64,000 bases of DNA from NCBI GenBank assembly GCA_965198175.1, contig OZ240245.1:4256001-4320000 (forward strand), written 5' to 3'. The position numbers and the translations under genes were made by a program. Of this stretch, positions 21,001 to 29,188 are shown piece after piece. The stretch comes from Candidatus Poribacteria bacterium (GTDB taxonomy: Bacteria > Poribacteria > WGA-4E > PCPOR2b). How positions within the stretch are numbered: the stretch's first letter is position 1; each line of letters starts with the position of its first letter. The notes beneath the pieces are model-generated. The model worked only from the letters and a program-made list of their open reading frames with translations, was not told where the DNA came from and made no database searches.

Positions 21001-21413
21001 TCCAGATACCCCAAGGTCGGCCAGACCTGATTCCACGAGCCGGTCGAATCTCGACCGAACAGATGGAAAGCCGAATCCTCGGCGTCGAACCCCGCCAGGG
21101 CGGCGCCCGTTCCTGTCTTCAGGGCAAACTTTGGACGATCTCCCGTGATGAGGTGGTTCATGCCCTGGACAATTGGTCGAGTCAGGATGTGTTTGCCGCC
21201 GCGTATAAAAAAGCCGCCCCCTTCAACCGGATCGTAGCTCGACCATTCCCCATCCTCTGGCGGGGCCATGTGAGGTGATTGGTAATAGATCACGCTCTGA
21301 TCGCAGCGAGGGATATGGGTAGGTTTGTTTATGTCCATTGAGTAGGCGACCTCAGTACCTTGGACTCGAAATCCGGCCGCCGTGCGTTGTTTACATGAAT
21401 TGTTTCTGGACAT
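18099..21413 (-). CDS. Large six-hairpin glycosidase-like protein (DUF4450-like N-terminus)
   Basis: 1104 aa; QVNTPD, W.Y.WT.D..F...LWP....A..W....DPDGDGL pattern of (alpha/alpha)6 glycosidases; family recalled from memory. Confidence 0.65.
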   Translation of the reverse strand: MSRNNSCKQRTAAGFRVQGTEVAYSMDINKPTHIPRCDQSVIYYQSPHMAPPEDGEWSSYDPVEGGGFFIRGGKHILTRPIVQGMNHLITGDRPKFALKTGTGAALAGFDAEDSAFHLFGRDSTGSWNQVWPTLGYLELGVVHGSGDVMWLHEIDDIATTFMPGYTHYEIEKEPELGRLNITVAPLMGGHGLVCKVATQCPVSILARSYGMTWASDRSWAGPEYDENEVEFIDGSARLTEFNMGNVELWFGVDARASGSKLKGTRGDEAQYITAEKVQSLHVVMVWGVTDYDTEMADQMMRRLDTKNTSTWRQTRDGLKQSWFEAIIGRALEPRQKFVAAMQNPADELQRTIAWWDARRSQFQVNTPDTFFNCLMSWVYTTTQYNQLGPGLTNGGSESDAYGHLSPGWWGKTWCGDHESHKTCLRLYGALQLDDETYPIPDRNAPNRHYSYIESVDGAIPWICQSLEPAIRENHNPFWVDQVWWNYCWTADEQFIRDLWPAVKKAVDWQCRMCDPDGDGLFREHYGFWTGDNGGEGPKAVTVTVTSWAMLDRAAKIARIVGDEEAEKTYQIYADKSYSAIQHEMWREKEGVLGSIGGDGIWREHMQSWNECLAVEFGAITLEQGRKAMRWVESHFGFNPNPGIHLMMSSDWFPLRWSLQFVHTGDTCRAALAGLKVGDADVWWKYISTIVRASFNGRYPGVNYGVNNKGASAGIEEQLDSTDAHIHMAVRGLYGITPAIHEDRLYIAPNFPNDWTEASIKTPDFSYTYKREGDTALFEITSMVPLIKVVRGNLTGEEVTTNRESRSTVRVNLGEPVAYQRPKHKPTIRIKAVPSDQQMESRAIEVVNFDQALQLGESGLVRPTQLTRDERRRQVMIDLREHYNVGYRELAETQFIFDYDDKPIPLRNFWGLPVIIPPEGKSCGANRHAGLWPHPLTLDASTGTRFLIADTQCTGYPEHPRLIALSITPPYPLPASATIAIGRKCDQVWPLMQSYAHAMKNYIPNGEIILRYADGVTQVEQLIPPYNMDTYFQHYSLKGVPVPLGKLFYVDPWGSGFDNREVLISHADALRIDSNPKCVLKEVEFRSVCTESIIAVAALTVVESL

Positions 21414-21880
21414 AGGTTAACTTCCTTAACTAGTAGAGTTTCGTATGCCAATCCTGCAAGCAGCTTCTAATTCTCGACAGACAAGGCTAACCATCCAAGA
21501 ATTCAGCCTGACCACCCTTTGCAAGTTTCATTTGAACAGAAAACAGGTACCTTTATGCCAAGATATTCCGTACCAACCTCATGTTTTTGCTGTCTAAGAA
21601 ATCCTGCACCATCCCGGACAGCCACATTGTAATACCCGCTGTCGGCTAAGTGAACTTCGGTTTTGGGGACACGCCCATCGGTAATGGATATGTTCAAAAT
21701 GACGTTCACTACCCCCATGCCCTAAGAAAGTCATCCAGAAATGACTTATGAACGGCACCTACTCGGCTCTTAAGAACAACCGAATCGTTCTCTGTTGGCT
21801 CAATTTCTTAAACCGTCTCTGCTTCCCGTCTACCCTCGGCAACCTTGGAAATCCACGAATCTTTAACGTGTTGAAGCTGA

Positions 21881-22133
21881 CTAGGACCATCCATAAGCTA
21901 TGGCACCATCGTGATTCCGGTGAATGAATTCAGTGTAAACAGTAGCAAGAGCATGTGCCCTGTCCGTCTGAAGGATGCGGGCAATCGTGGGAATGAGTTT
22001 TCTGATTGTAGAAATATCAAATACGTGCCGGGCGTATCCACTCTTGTCAGTCGTAATTTCACCCCGTTTGACGATTACTACCTTGCACCTCTTGAGCATC
22101 ACATCACATAGTTTTTTCTAGAGCTTTGTCCAT
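21881..22133 (-). pseudogene. Possible remnant of an isochorismatase/cysteine hydrolase gene
   Basis: Fragment GYARHVFDISTIRKLIPTIARILQTDRAHALATVYTEFIH resembles the cysteine-hydrolase N-terminal helix region; flanked by stops and frameshifts. Confidence 0.3.
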
Positions 22134-22209
22134 GACACGTGCCTCGGAGTTGTTGGATTAAGGATCTCTGTTTTCTTTGTCATCAATTGGCTCTGGTGTG
22201 CGCTACTAC

Positions 22210-23208
22210 TTAATCGCTTCGTCCCACCTGCTTGAGCCAACCCCAGGACAAGGCTCGTTCATTAATCGGTGAAACAGAGAACACCTCCACAAATTCCGGA
22301 TCGAACCAAGACGGTGCACGGTGGACACCGTTTATGGGCGCCATCTCTACGATATTCTCTCCGCCTTTATCGGTTATGGTAAGGTTACTGGTCCCACCAT
22401 GAAAGGTGATGAAGGCGAATTCTTCACCGCTCGGCGCCCACGTAATCTCACGTTCTTCAAACCACCTTCCGTTCGGCTTCCCAGGCCCAGTGAGTTGCTC
22501 CATGTTCTCTCCATTGCTATCCATCAGGAAGATATCTCCATTTCCATGGCGAGTCGAGGACCAGACTATCTTCGAACCATCTGGCGACCACGTGGGTTCA
22601 AAATCCCCACCTTTATGATTGGTCAGATTCACCAGGTTCCCGCCATTCGGGTCCATCACATGGATGTCCGAAATCGTCCGACCGCGTTTGGAAGAAAAGG
22701 CAATGTTTCGACCGTCCCGAGACCAGTCCGGTTGAATGTCTTTGGCAGGGTCGTTGGTAATGTTCCTCAAACCCTTCCCCGCGAGTATCATTTCATAGAT
22801 TTCAAAGTTGCCGTCTCGATCCGTCGCGAAGGCAATCCGCTGACCACCGGGGTGCCAAGTGGGCCAGCTATCCTCGCCTTCATGCTCGGTGAGCCTTCGG
22901 AGTCCCTGCCCATCGGGATTCACCAAAAAAATGTCAATGTTTCCCTTCGCTTCCGTATGAAACGCAATCTGATTCCCGTCCGGGGACCACACCAAACCCA
23001 AGGGAAGCGGGTTCGCATCCACGCGTATCACCGGGCGTGGGTTCATTGCATCAGTGTCCACCAACCAGATATTGTCCCCTTCCCGTTCAGCGGAGAGGAC
23101 GATGGCTGGTGTTACAGGTGCACCCGCCTCAGCGCTTACCAGTAGTACGATACAGCCCAAGAGAAACACGCCGGCGCATGCTACCACGATGGTTTGACTG
23201 AGTTGCAT
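22210..23208 (-). CDS. TolB-like PD40 beta-propeller secreted protein with C-terminal WGxLK tail
   Basis: Repeats WSPDG..IAF, P.W; signal peptide; AGGAGG SD before ATG 23208; ends SVSPINERALSWGWLKQVGRSD. Confidence 0.88.
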   Translation of the reverse strand: MQLSQTIVVACAGVFLLGCIVLLVSAEAGAPVTPAIVLSAEREGDNIWLVDTDAMNPRPVIRVDANPLPLGLVWSPDGNQIAFHTEAKGNIDIFLVNPDGQGLRRLTEHEGEDSWPTWHPGGQRIAFATDRDGNFEIYEMILAGKGLRNITNDPAKDIQPDWSRDGRNIAFSSKRGRTISDIHVMDPNGGNLVNLTNHKGGDFEPTWSPDGSKIVWSSTRHGNGDIFLMDSNGENMEQLTGPGKPNGRWFEEREITWAPSGEEFAFITFHGGTSNLTITDKGGENIVEMAPINGVHRAPSWFDPEFVEVFSVSPINERALSWGWLKQVGRSD

Positions 23209-23369
23209 GGGTTGATGCCTCCTTCTGTTGTGGTAGTGTCTTATTGAAACGTGTGCAACGCGCAACCCGACAAGATTGATGCGCAATATGCGCTTCTGAC
23301 TGGGGTTTACATCTTCTTTACTGATTCTGTTGCCGTTACTGAAAAAACGGCTTAAAGCATATGGCGAAT

Positions 23370-24416
23370 TTAGCGTTCTGCAATCTCAACTTGGAGTTTC
23401 TTGGCGGTTTCCTGAATCTGTTCCCAGGTGACCGGTTCGATTGGGATACCGTTCTCCTGTCGTTCCGCGAGGGTTTTTAATTCAACTTCTCCAGGCATCA
23501 TCACTTCTTGAAACTCCGGCATGGGAGGGGTAGATTTCATATATGAAACAAGATCGTCCATCATATCGCGGAACCGGTCGGTAGGCACAAATGCCGAAAT
23601 GTCAATTACAATAAAACAAACCCCTTGTGTTCCTCGAGGCCTGTCTTCGGTGATGAAATCGCCAGCCAAGGTTCCACTCAGCAAATCCACCAGCAATCCT
23701 AGCGCAAATCCTTTGTGTCCGGCGCTGCCCCCAAGCGGTAAAATCGAGCCGTGAGGCGGACCATAAAGGTCGTGGGGGTCTACGCTCGGATTGCCTTCCG
23801 CGTCAAGTATCCACCCCTCTGGTAGCTTTTGTCCCCGATTCCGGTGAACGCGGACTTTTCCCTCAGCCGTCATGCTTGTCGCCATGTCAGACACGATTGG
23901 ATGGTCACCTCCGGGCACCGCATACGATATTGGATTGGTTGCTAGTCTACCTTCCCGTCCGCCAAAGGGCACCACCCAATGTACTTGCTTACAACCGTTG
24001 ACCATTGCCATCGCGAACATGCCGTTTTCAGCCGCAATTTGGGTGAAGTAACCTAATCGACCCACGTGCGTGCAGCGGCGGGTAATGACGCAGGCAATCT
24101 TATGCTCCCTTGCCTTTTCAATTGCTATCTCCATCGCCCGCAGTCCGCCAACCTGGCCAAAATTAAATCCACAATCAACAACGGCTGTGCCGCCCTGTTC
24201 CTCAACCAGTGAAACCGGAGCTCCCGGCTTGACTGTGCCCTGCTCAACCCACCCTACGTACTGGGGTATCCTCACCACCCCGTGCGAGTCCATTCCCATC
24301 AGGTTGTTGCCAACCAACTGACTAGCAATGATGGTGGCTTCGTCAGGCGGCGATCCACATGCAACAAAGACATCCTTTGTCACAGCGGTGAGGAATTGGG
24401 GAGAGTATCTCTTCAT
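23370..24416 (-). CDS. Ldh_2 family malate/L-lactate/ureidoglycolate dehydrogenase
   Basis: G.DSHG..R.P.Y, H.GRLG, TNPI, DMATS, GHKG.AL, PGE.E. Confidence 0.92.
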   Translation of the reverse strand: MKRYSPQFLTAVTKDVFVACGSPPDEATIIASQLVGNNLMGMDSHGVVRIPQYVGWVEQGTVKPGAPVSLVEEQGGTAVVDCGFNFGQVGGLRAMEIAIEKAREHKIACVITRRCTHVGRLGYFTQIAAENGMFAMAMVNGCKQVHWVVPFGGREGRLATNPISYAVPGGDHPIVSDMATSMTAEGKVRVHRNRGQKLPEGWILDAEGNPSVDPHDLYGPPHGSILPLGGSAGHKGFALGLLVDLLSGTLAGDFITEDRPRGTQGVCFIVIDISAFVPTDRFRDMMDDLVSYMKSTPPMPEFQEVMMPGEVELKTLAERQENGIPIEPVTWEQIQETAKKLQVEIAER

Positions 24417-24470
24417 GTGTTTGTTTCCTGACAGTTTGAACTGTAAACTTAAGGTTGCTGCTAGAATTGT

Positions 24471-25250
24471 CTAGCCGAATATCTCACGGAATCGATCCAT
24501 AGCCCGGTAATCGTCATTCTCAGGAAAAGCCTCCAGACCGACAACGCCATCATAGCCAACCTCGTGCAGCGTTTCGACCACCTGGGGATAATTTATCTCG
24601 CCGGTTCCTGGCTCATGGCGTCCGGGAACGTCCGCAACGTGGATGTGACCGATGATGTCATGGTATTCACGAATAAGCTCAATCAAGTTTCCCTCCTGCA
24701 CCTGGGCGTGATAAAGATCTAAAAGCAACTTAATCCCAGGACTATCCACCTCCCTCACCAAACGGGCTGCATCTTCCACATTTGCCAGCGGATATCCAGG
24801 GTGGTCTATTTTGACATTCAGGTGCTCTAAGCTGAAGACAACGTCGTGTTGTTCAGCGATATCAGCCAATCGACGCAAGGCTTTGTAAGCTGTTACCCAT
24901 CGGGCAATGGGATGTTCGGCAACTGGGTGCGTGGATGCCCCTGTTTCCGCGCTTAATCCACCGCTCAAGGCAATAAATCGTCGGCAGCGCAGCTTTTTGG
25001 CAATCGCTAACCCCTCTTCTACGTTGGCAAAGTATCCCTCCACATTATCGGGATGAACGATACAACCGTCGCCGGGGCCGATGACAAAGTTGTTAACCTG
25101 AATTGTTGGGTCAGCAGCTAGGGCATCCATGTCGCGTCCGTCCCAGAGCCAAAACTCAGCTAAGAAACCTGCCACACAGATCTTCTTCACGCGCTCCTCA
25201 AAGGGCAGATCCAGAAAAAGTGTATCAGCGCAGGCGGATAAACGGTACAT
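24471..25250 (-). CDS. Hydroxypyruvate isomerase (Hyi)-family TIM barrel
   Basis: EHLN..DHPGY, DLYHAQ..EGNL, HIHVADVPGRHEPGTGEINY. Confidence 0.88.
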   Translation of the reverse strand: MYRLSACADTLFLDLPFEERVKKICVAGFLAEFWLWDGRDMDALAADPTIQVNNFVIGPGDGCIVHPDNVEGYFANVEEGLAIAKKLRCRRFIALSGGLSAETGASTHPVAEHPIARWVTAYKALRRLADIAEQHDVVFSLEHLNVKIDHPGYPLANVEDAARLVREVDSPGIKLLLDLYHAQVQEGNLIELIREYHDIIGHIHVADVPGRHEPGTGEINYPQVVETLHEVGYDGVVGLEAFPENDDYRAMDRFREIFG

Positions 25251-25404
25251 ATATTTTTCTCCTTTGGTGGTAAAAATATAGCAAGTTATCCTAACACATC
25301 AGATGAAAGTTGTTAACCCACTAACTCCTATCCTAAATACATTGGTATCTAGCGACGAACTGTAGCCTCATCGCGGGGTTTTGCGCAACGTTTGAGTGGT
25401 TTGT

Positions 25405-26454
25405 TCACCGCGTTGCTTTGAGATGTCCCCAAGTCGTTAACATCGTCGATTGGGGTTCAACAGACACTGCAGAAATAAACGCTCTCAAATCTTCAACACC
25501 TGTCGAATCTCCAAACGGCGCTGTAACCTCCTGCGCACCGCCAATCGAATTCTCGTCAACCCATACCTTGGTTATGATGCCTGCATCACTCGTAATCTGC
25601 ACATTGTCAACCATCATACCAAATAGACCCGCTGGATTATCCGGATTCTCTCCGTTATCCATACCTACTGTAATGGCGACGATTTGGCTTCCAGCAAAAT
25701 CGTCGAGTGAGACCTTACGATGTTTCCAATCTGACCCAGCATCATCATCAACGAGACCAACGATATTGCCATCGGCAGCGTGGACGTAAACACCGCCCTC
25801 TGTATGGACGCTAATCTCCGAGAACATCACTTGATATTCAAGGGACATACCCGCCTGTATCTCCATCTCTCCTTCCCAGAGCGCGATAAAGCCTTTCGCT
25901 GGCGTGTTTGCACTCGAAATTGTTGCTTCAAACGACAGCACATCGCCTGCTGGCTCGGTTATCACAGCTTCGAGCGGCGCTCCGGTAATCGTGCCCGCCT
26001 CGGTTACCAAGTCCAACCGCTGATCGTTTGAATCTATAATCTTAACATCAAGACCGAGTGTAGATGTTTTCACAGCGACGACCTCAAACGTAACTGTTGC
26101 TAGTGTTCCGTCTCCATTGACTCCGGGGACTGCGCCTAAGAGGGTGGCACCGAATTTGATTTCGCCATCTTCGACATTTGGTGGAAGTGTTGGTGGCCCG
26201 ATGGAGCCCGCTAGGAACTCGCCATTTTGGACGCTGACATAAGAGAGCGCAGTTGGGTCGAACGTAATAGCGATTTGATATCCAAAGACATCTGCTGCAT
26301 TTGTGATGTCAATATTAATTGTAAATTGCTGTGCGACGTTGGGCGATTCCATCACAGGTGGATTGAACGACACGACAGTCTGGCCAAGTGCGATTGATGG
26401 AATCGACCAACAAACGATTGCCGCGCAAACGGTAACCCTCAGTAATTGTTTCAT
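25405..26454 (-). CDS. Secreted cohesin-domain protein with C-terminal TTWGxLK tail
   Basis: Signal peptide; F.I.I.I....D..GYQ..I.FDP..L.Y.....G.FL...GDGTLATVTF cohesin pattern; ends SVEPQSTMLTTWGHLKATR; AAGGAG SD. Confidence 0.82.
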   Translation of the reverse strand: MKQLLRVTVCAAIVCWSIPSIALGQTVVSFNPPVMESPNVAQQFTINIDITNAADVFGYQIAITFDPTALSYVSVQNGEFLAGSIGPPTLPPNVEDGEIKFGATLLGAVPGVNGDGTLATVTFEVVAVKTSTLGLDVKIIDSNDQRLDLVTEAGTITGAPLEAVITEPAGDVLSFEATISSANTPAKGFIALWEGEMEIQAGMSLEYQVMFSEISVHTEGGVYVHAADGNIVGLVDDDAGSDWKHRKVSLDDFAGSQIVAITVGMDNGENPDNPAGLFGMMVDNVQITSDAGIITKVWVDENSIGGAQEVTAPFGDSTGVEDLRAFISAVSVEPQSTMLTTWGHLKATR

Positions 26455-26572
26455 TAGTTTTCTCCTTAAATTGAATACTCCAAAAAGGTAGTATAGTTTA
26501 CTCAACTCAGCTTTGGTTTTTAGTTTGGAGATGCGTCAAGCCACCCGAAAGCTTAGCGTACACATCATTCTA

Positions 26573-27418
26573 TTATCCAAGCAACGCCTGCTTCAGAAAA
26601 GCAATGCCATCTCGCGCCAAAGTCTCCGGCGACTCAGAGAAAAAACGCCAAAAACGCGCAAGCGGGCCCAGCGGGCTTCGCGGGTTGAATGACTCAATGA
26701 CCACATATCCATCGTAGTCGATGTCTCTTAATGCGGTTGCTACATCATCCCAGTGCACTAGTCCTGTGCCGGGAGTTCCTCGATGACTATCGCTGCCGTG
26801 AAAGTGCATTAGTTTATCGTCCGCCAGACGGATGGCATCGCCGAGATTATTCTCCTCATGACTCATGTGAAAAGTGTCGAGATGAATCCCAACGGCAGGG
26901 TGGTTGGCGAGATTGATGAGTTCACGAGCCTCCGCCGCGGTGTTGAGAAAGTTGGTTTCGTAGCGATTGAGTATCTCGATTACAAAGCGCACGCCCGCTT
27001 GGGCGGAATACTCGCCGAGTTCATGCAAGCATTCTGCAGCCTGATTGATACGAGTCCGGCGCGCATCTCCCAAAAGCAACTCTCCACCACCAACGCCGGC
27101 AACGGCTCCAGAAAAAATGGTCGCACCAATCTCGGCACATGTATCAACGGATTGCTTAGCGTAATCAATGCCGTTCTGACGAACGGCAGCATCGGGGTGA
27201 GATAGGTCGCGAACCGCACCGAAGACTCCTACCACAGAAGCAGACATCCCCTCCCCCTCAAGAGCTCGGCGCACCACTCTGGTGTCAATTTCGGCGTCAT
27301 CTTCCGTAGCCAGTTCAATTACCTCTCCGCCCCACGCCTTAATCTGAGGGATGAGCCCCAAATATTCGTCGGTTCGAAAGGGCGAACCCCAGATCCATAG
27401 ATTTACGCCGATTTTCAT
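26573..27418 (-). CDS. D-tagatose/D-psicose 3-epimerase family protein
   Basis: E.LNRYET, HLDTFHM, HFH..SHRG.PG.G, ESF. Confidence 0.88.
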   Translation of the reverse strand: MKIGVNLWIWGSPFRTDEYLGLIPQIKAWGGEVIELATEDDAEIDTRVVRRALEGEGMSASVVGVFGAVRDLSHPDAAVRQNGIDYAKQSVDTCAEIGATIFSGAVAGVGGGELLLGDARRTRINQAAECLHELGEYSAQAGVRFVIEILNRYETNFLNTAAEARELINLANHPAVGIHLDTFHMSHEENNLGDAIRLADDKLMHFHGSDSHRGTPGTGLVHWDDVATALRDIDYDGYVVIESFNPRSPLGPLARFWRFFSESPETLARDGIAFLKQALLG

Positions 27419-27434
27419 AGCAATCTCCAAATCG

Positions 27435-28400
27435 CTATTCGTACCACAGCTTCGCCGGGGGTTTACGGATCAGTACCTTCTGCAACACGCCGACAGCAAG
27501 CTCAAAACCTTCTTCAGGATCAATTAACGGATCCTCGTGTTCGATAGAGAGGACATCATCGTAACCCACGGTCCTAAGAGTACTGACAAACTTACGCCAG
27601 AATTCCTCGTCGTGCCCATATCCAACAGTTCGAAAGATCCAACTTCGGTTCTCGCAATCTTGGAAATCTTTGGCATCCAGAATCCCGTTCACACGCACAA
27701 CATGTGGATCCGGCAAGCTGTCTTTGGCGTGGGCGTGGTAAATTACGTCGCCGCCGATTGTGCGGATCACTTCTTGGATGTCCATACCCTGCCAAAACAG
27801 ATGAGACGGGTCAAGGTTGCAGCCGACGACTGGTCCAATCGCGTCACGCAGACGCAGAAGTGCCTCGGGTTTAAAGATCATGTCCCCGGGGTGCATTTCA
27901 AAGCAGAGGCGAACGCCGTGATCCTCGGCAATTTGCCCGTGTTCCTTCCAATAAGGGATTAGCCGCTCTTCCCACTGCCACTCGTGCAGGCCCATGTTCC
28001 GAGGCGGAAAGGGATAGAGTATCCAATTGGGCTCCTTGTCACCGGGAACCGCTTCAGGCAGCCCGCCCAGAAGCGTTAAGCGGGTTACTCCAATCTTTTC
28101 AGCGAGTTTACAGGTGTCGTGGAAGTCCTGGTCATATGGTCCAGCAATCGCAGGGTCAGGGTGCAGCGGTTCGCCGTGCATAGCAAAGGCACTGATTGTC
28201 AGTTCAAATTCCGTCAGTGTCTCTTGAAATTTCGCTAGGGCAGAAGAATCTGCCAGCAATTCAGCCGGGCTGCAATGGGTTTTGGGAAAGTATCCTCCGG
28301 CACCAAGTTCGATTGACTCCAACCCCAATTCATGCATTTTTTGGGCAGCTTCCCTCAAAGGGCGAGTCATAAATACTGATGATACCGCACCGAGATGCAT
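27435..28400 (-). CDS. Sugar phosphate isomerase/epimerase (xylose isomerase-like TIM barrel)
   Basis: EMHPG, N.DPSHLFWQG.D, HAKD, FRTVGYGH, SIEHED. Confidence 0.88.
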   Translation of the reverse strand: MHLGAVSSVFMTRPLREAAQKMHELGLESIELGAGGYFPKTHCSPAELLADSSALAKFQETLTEFELTISAFAMHGEPLHPDPAIAGPYDQDFHDTCKLAEKIGVTRLTLLGGLPEAVPGDKEPNWILYPFPPRNMGLHEWQWEERLIPYWKEHGQIAEDHGVRLCFEMHPGDMIFKPEALLRLRDAIGPVVGCNLDPSHLFWQGMDIQEVIRTIGGDVIYHAHAKDSLPDPHVVRVNGILDAKDFQDCENRSWIFRTVGYGHDEEFWRKFVSTLRTVGYDDVLSIEHEDPLIDPEEGFELAVGVLQKVLIRKPPAKLWYE

Positions 28401-28512
28401 CGCTTCGCCTCCTTAGTCATGGAGAAAGTATGCTTGTTTTTGGCATCGAAATCCCCTGTTTTGCCTGCCGATTCTTCGAGCTCGGTGCATGAACTTTAGC
28501 AAATATGAATGC

Positions 28513-28552
28513 AAAAACGAGCTCCAGATTATGGACTTTCTGAAGCTCGTTT
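28513..28552 (-). terminator. Intrinsic terminator downstream of the peroxiredoxin gene
   Basis: Stem AAACGAGCT.CAGA / TCTG.AGCTCGTTT ending in a T-run on the minus strand. Confidence 0.6.
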
Positions 28553-28585
28553 CATTGCAGGATGAAATCCGTTGAAACATCGCGG

Positions 28586-29059
28586 TTAGTTCAATGCATC
28601 AAGTTCGCGTATCACCTGTGCCACCGCAAGTGTGTTATCCGGCGGCGCGTTTTCAACATGCTTGAAAGCAATCTTGCCATCCCTATCAATGATAATAACA
28701 CCGCGATTTGTAATCCCCACATCGCCAAGCGCCATCCCAAACGTCGTTGATACCGCTAGATTCATATCAGACAAAAGCGGGAATTTCACACCCCCAAGAT
28801 GCTTACTCCATGCCTTATGAGCAAACACTGAGTCGCGGTTAATCGCAATGACCTCCGCATTGTTCGATCGAATATTGTCTAAATCGTCATTAAAGTCCGG
28901 AATCTGGACAGAACACACCGGAGAGAAGTCGAGAGGGTAAAATACCACCACCAGATTCTTCCCTTTGTAATCGCTCAAAGAAACCTCGGTATCCTCTGAA
29001 CCGATAGATCCGCTAAGCGTAAAATTGGGTGCTAGATCGCCAACATTGACGTTAGCCAT
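28586..29059 (-). CDS. Peroxiredoxin (AhpC/TSA, AhpE-like)
   Basis: FYPLDFSPVC peroxidatic motif, DS.F.HKAW, PLLSD, conserved R. Confidence 0.9.
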   Translation of the reverse strand: MANVNVGDLAPNFTLSGSIGSEDTEVSLSDYKGKNLVVVFYPLDFSPVCSVQIPDFNDDLDNIRSNNAEVIAINRDSVFAHKAWSKHLGGVKFPLLSDMNLAVSTTFGMALGDVGITNRGVIIIDRDGKIAFKHVENAPPDNTLAVAQVIRELDALN

Positions 29060-29100
29060 GTTATTTGTCCCTTTCTAGAGCACTCGTTGAATTATTGCAC

Positions 29101-29129
29101 ATTCTATCATAAACACCCAAGTGTGTCAA
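29101..29129 (-). promoter_or_regulatory. sigma70-type promoter of the peroxiredoxin gene
   Basis: Minus strand TTGACA-N17-TAGAAT. Confidence 0.7.
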
Positions 29130-29188
29130 TTGGAATTGGGGCGTGCGAACTGCATCACGGCTTACACATTAGGTCCACGCATCATTCA

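Noticed and set aside
22321..23145. 274-aa plus-strand ORF
   Set aside because: Antisense shadow of the PD40 gene with no protein-like motifs; the same applies to most short overlapping ORFs in the track.
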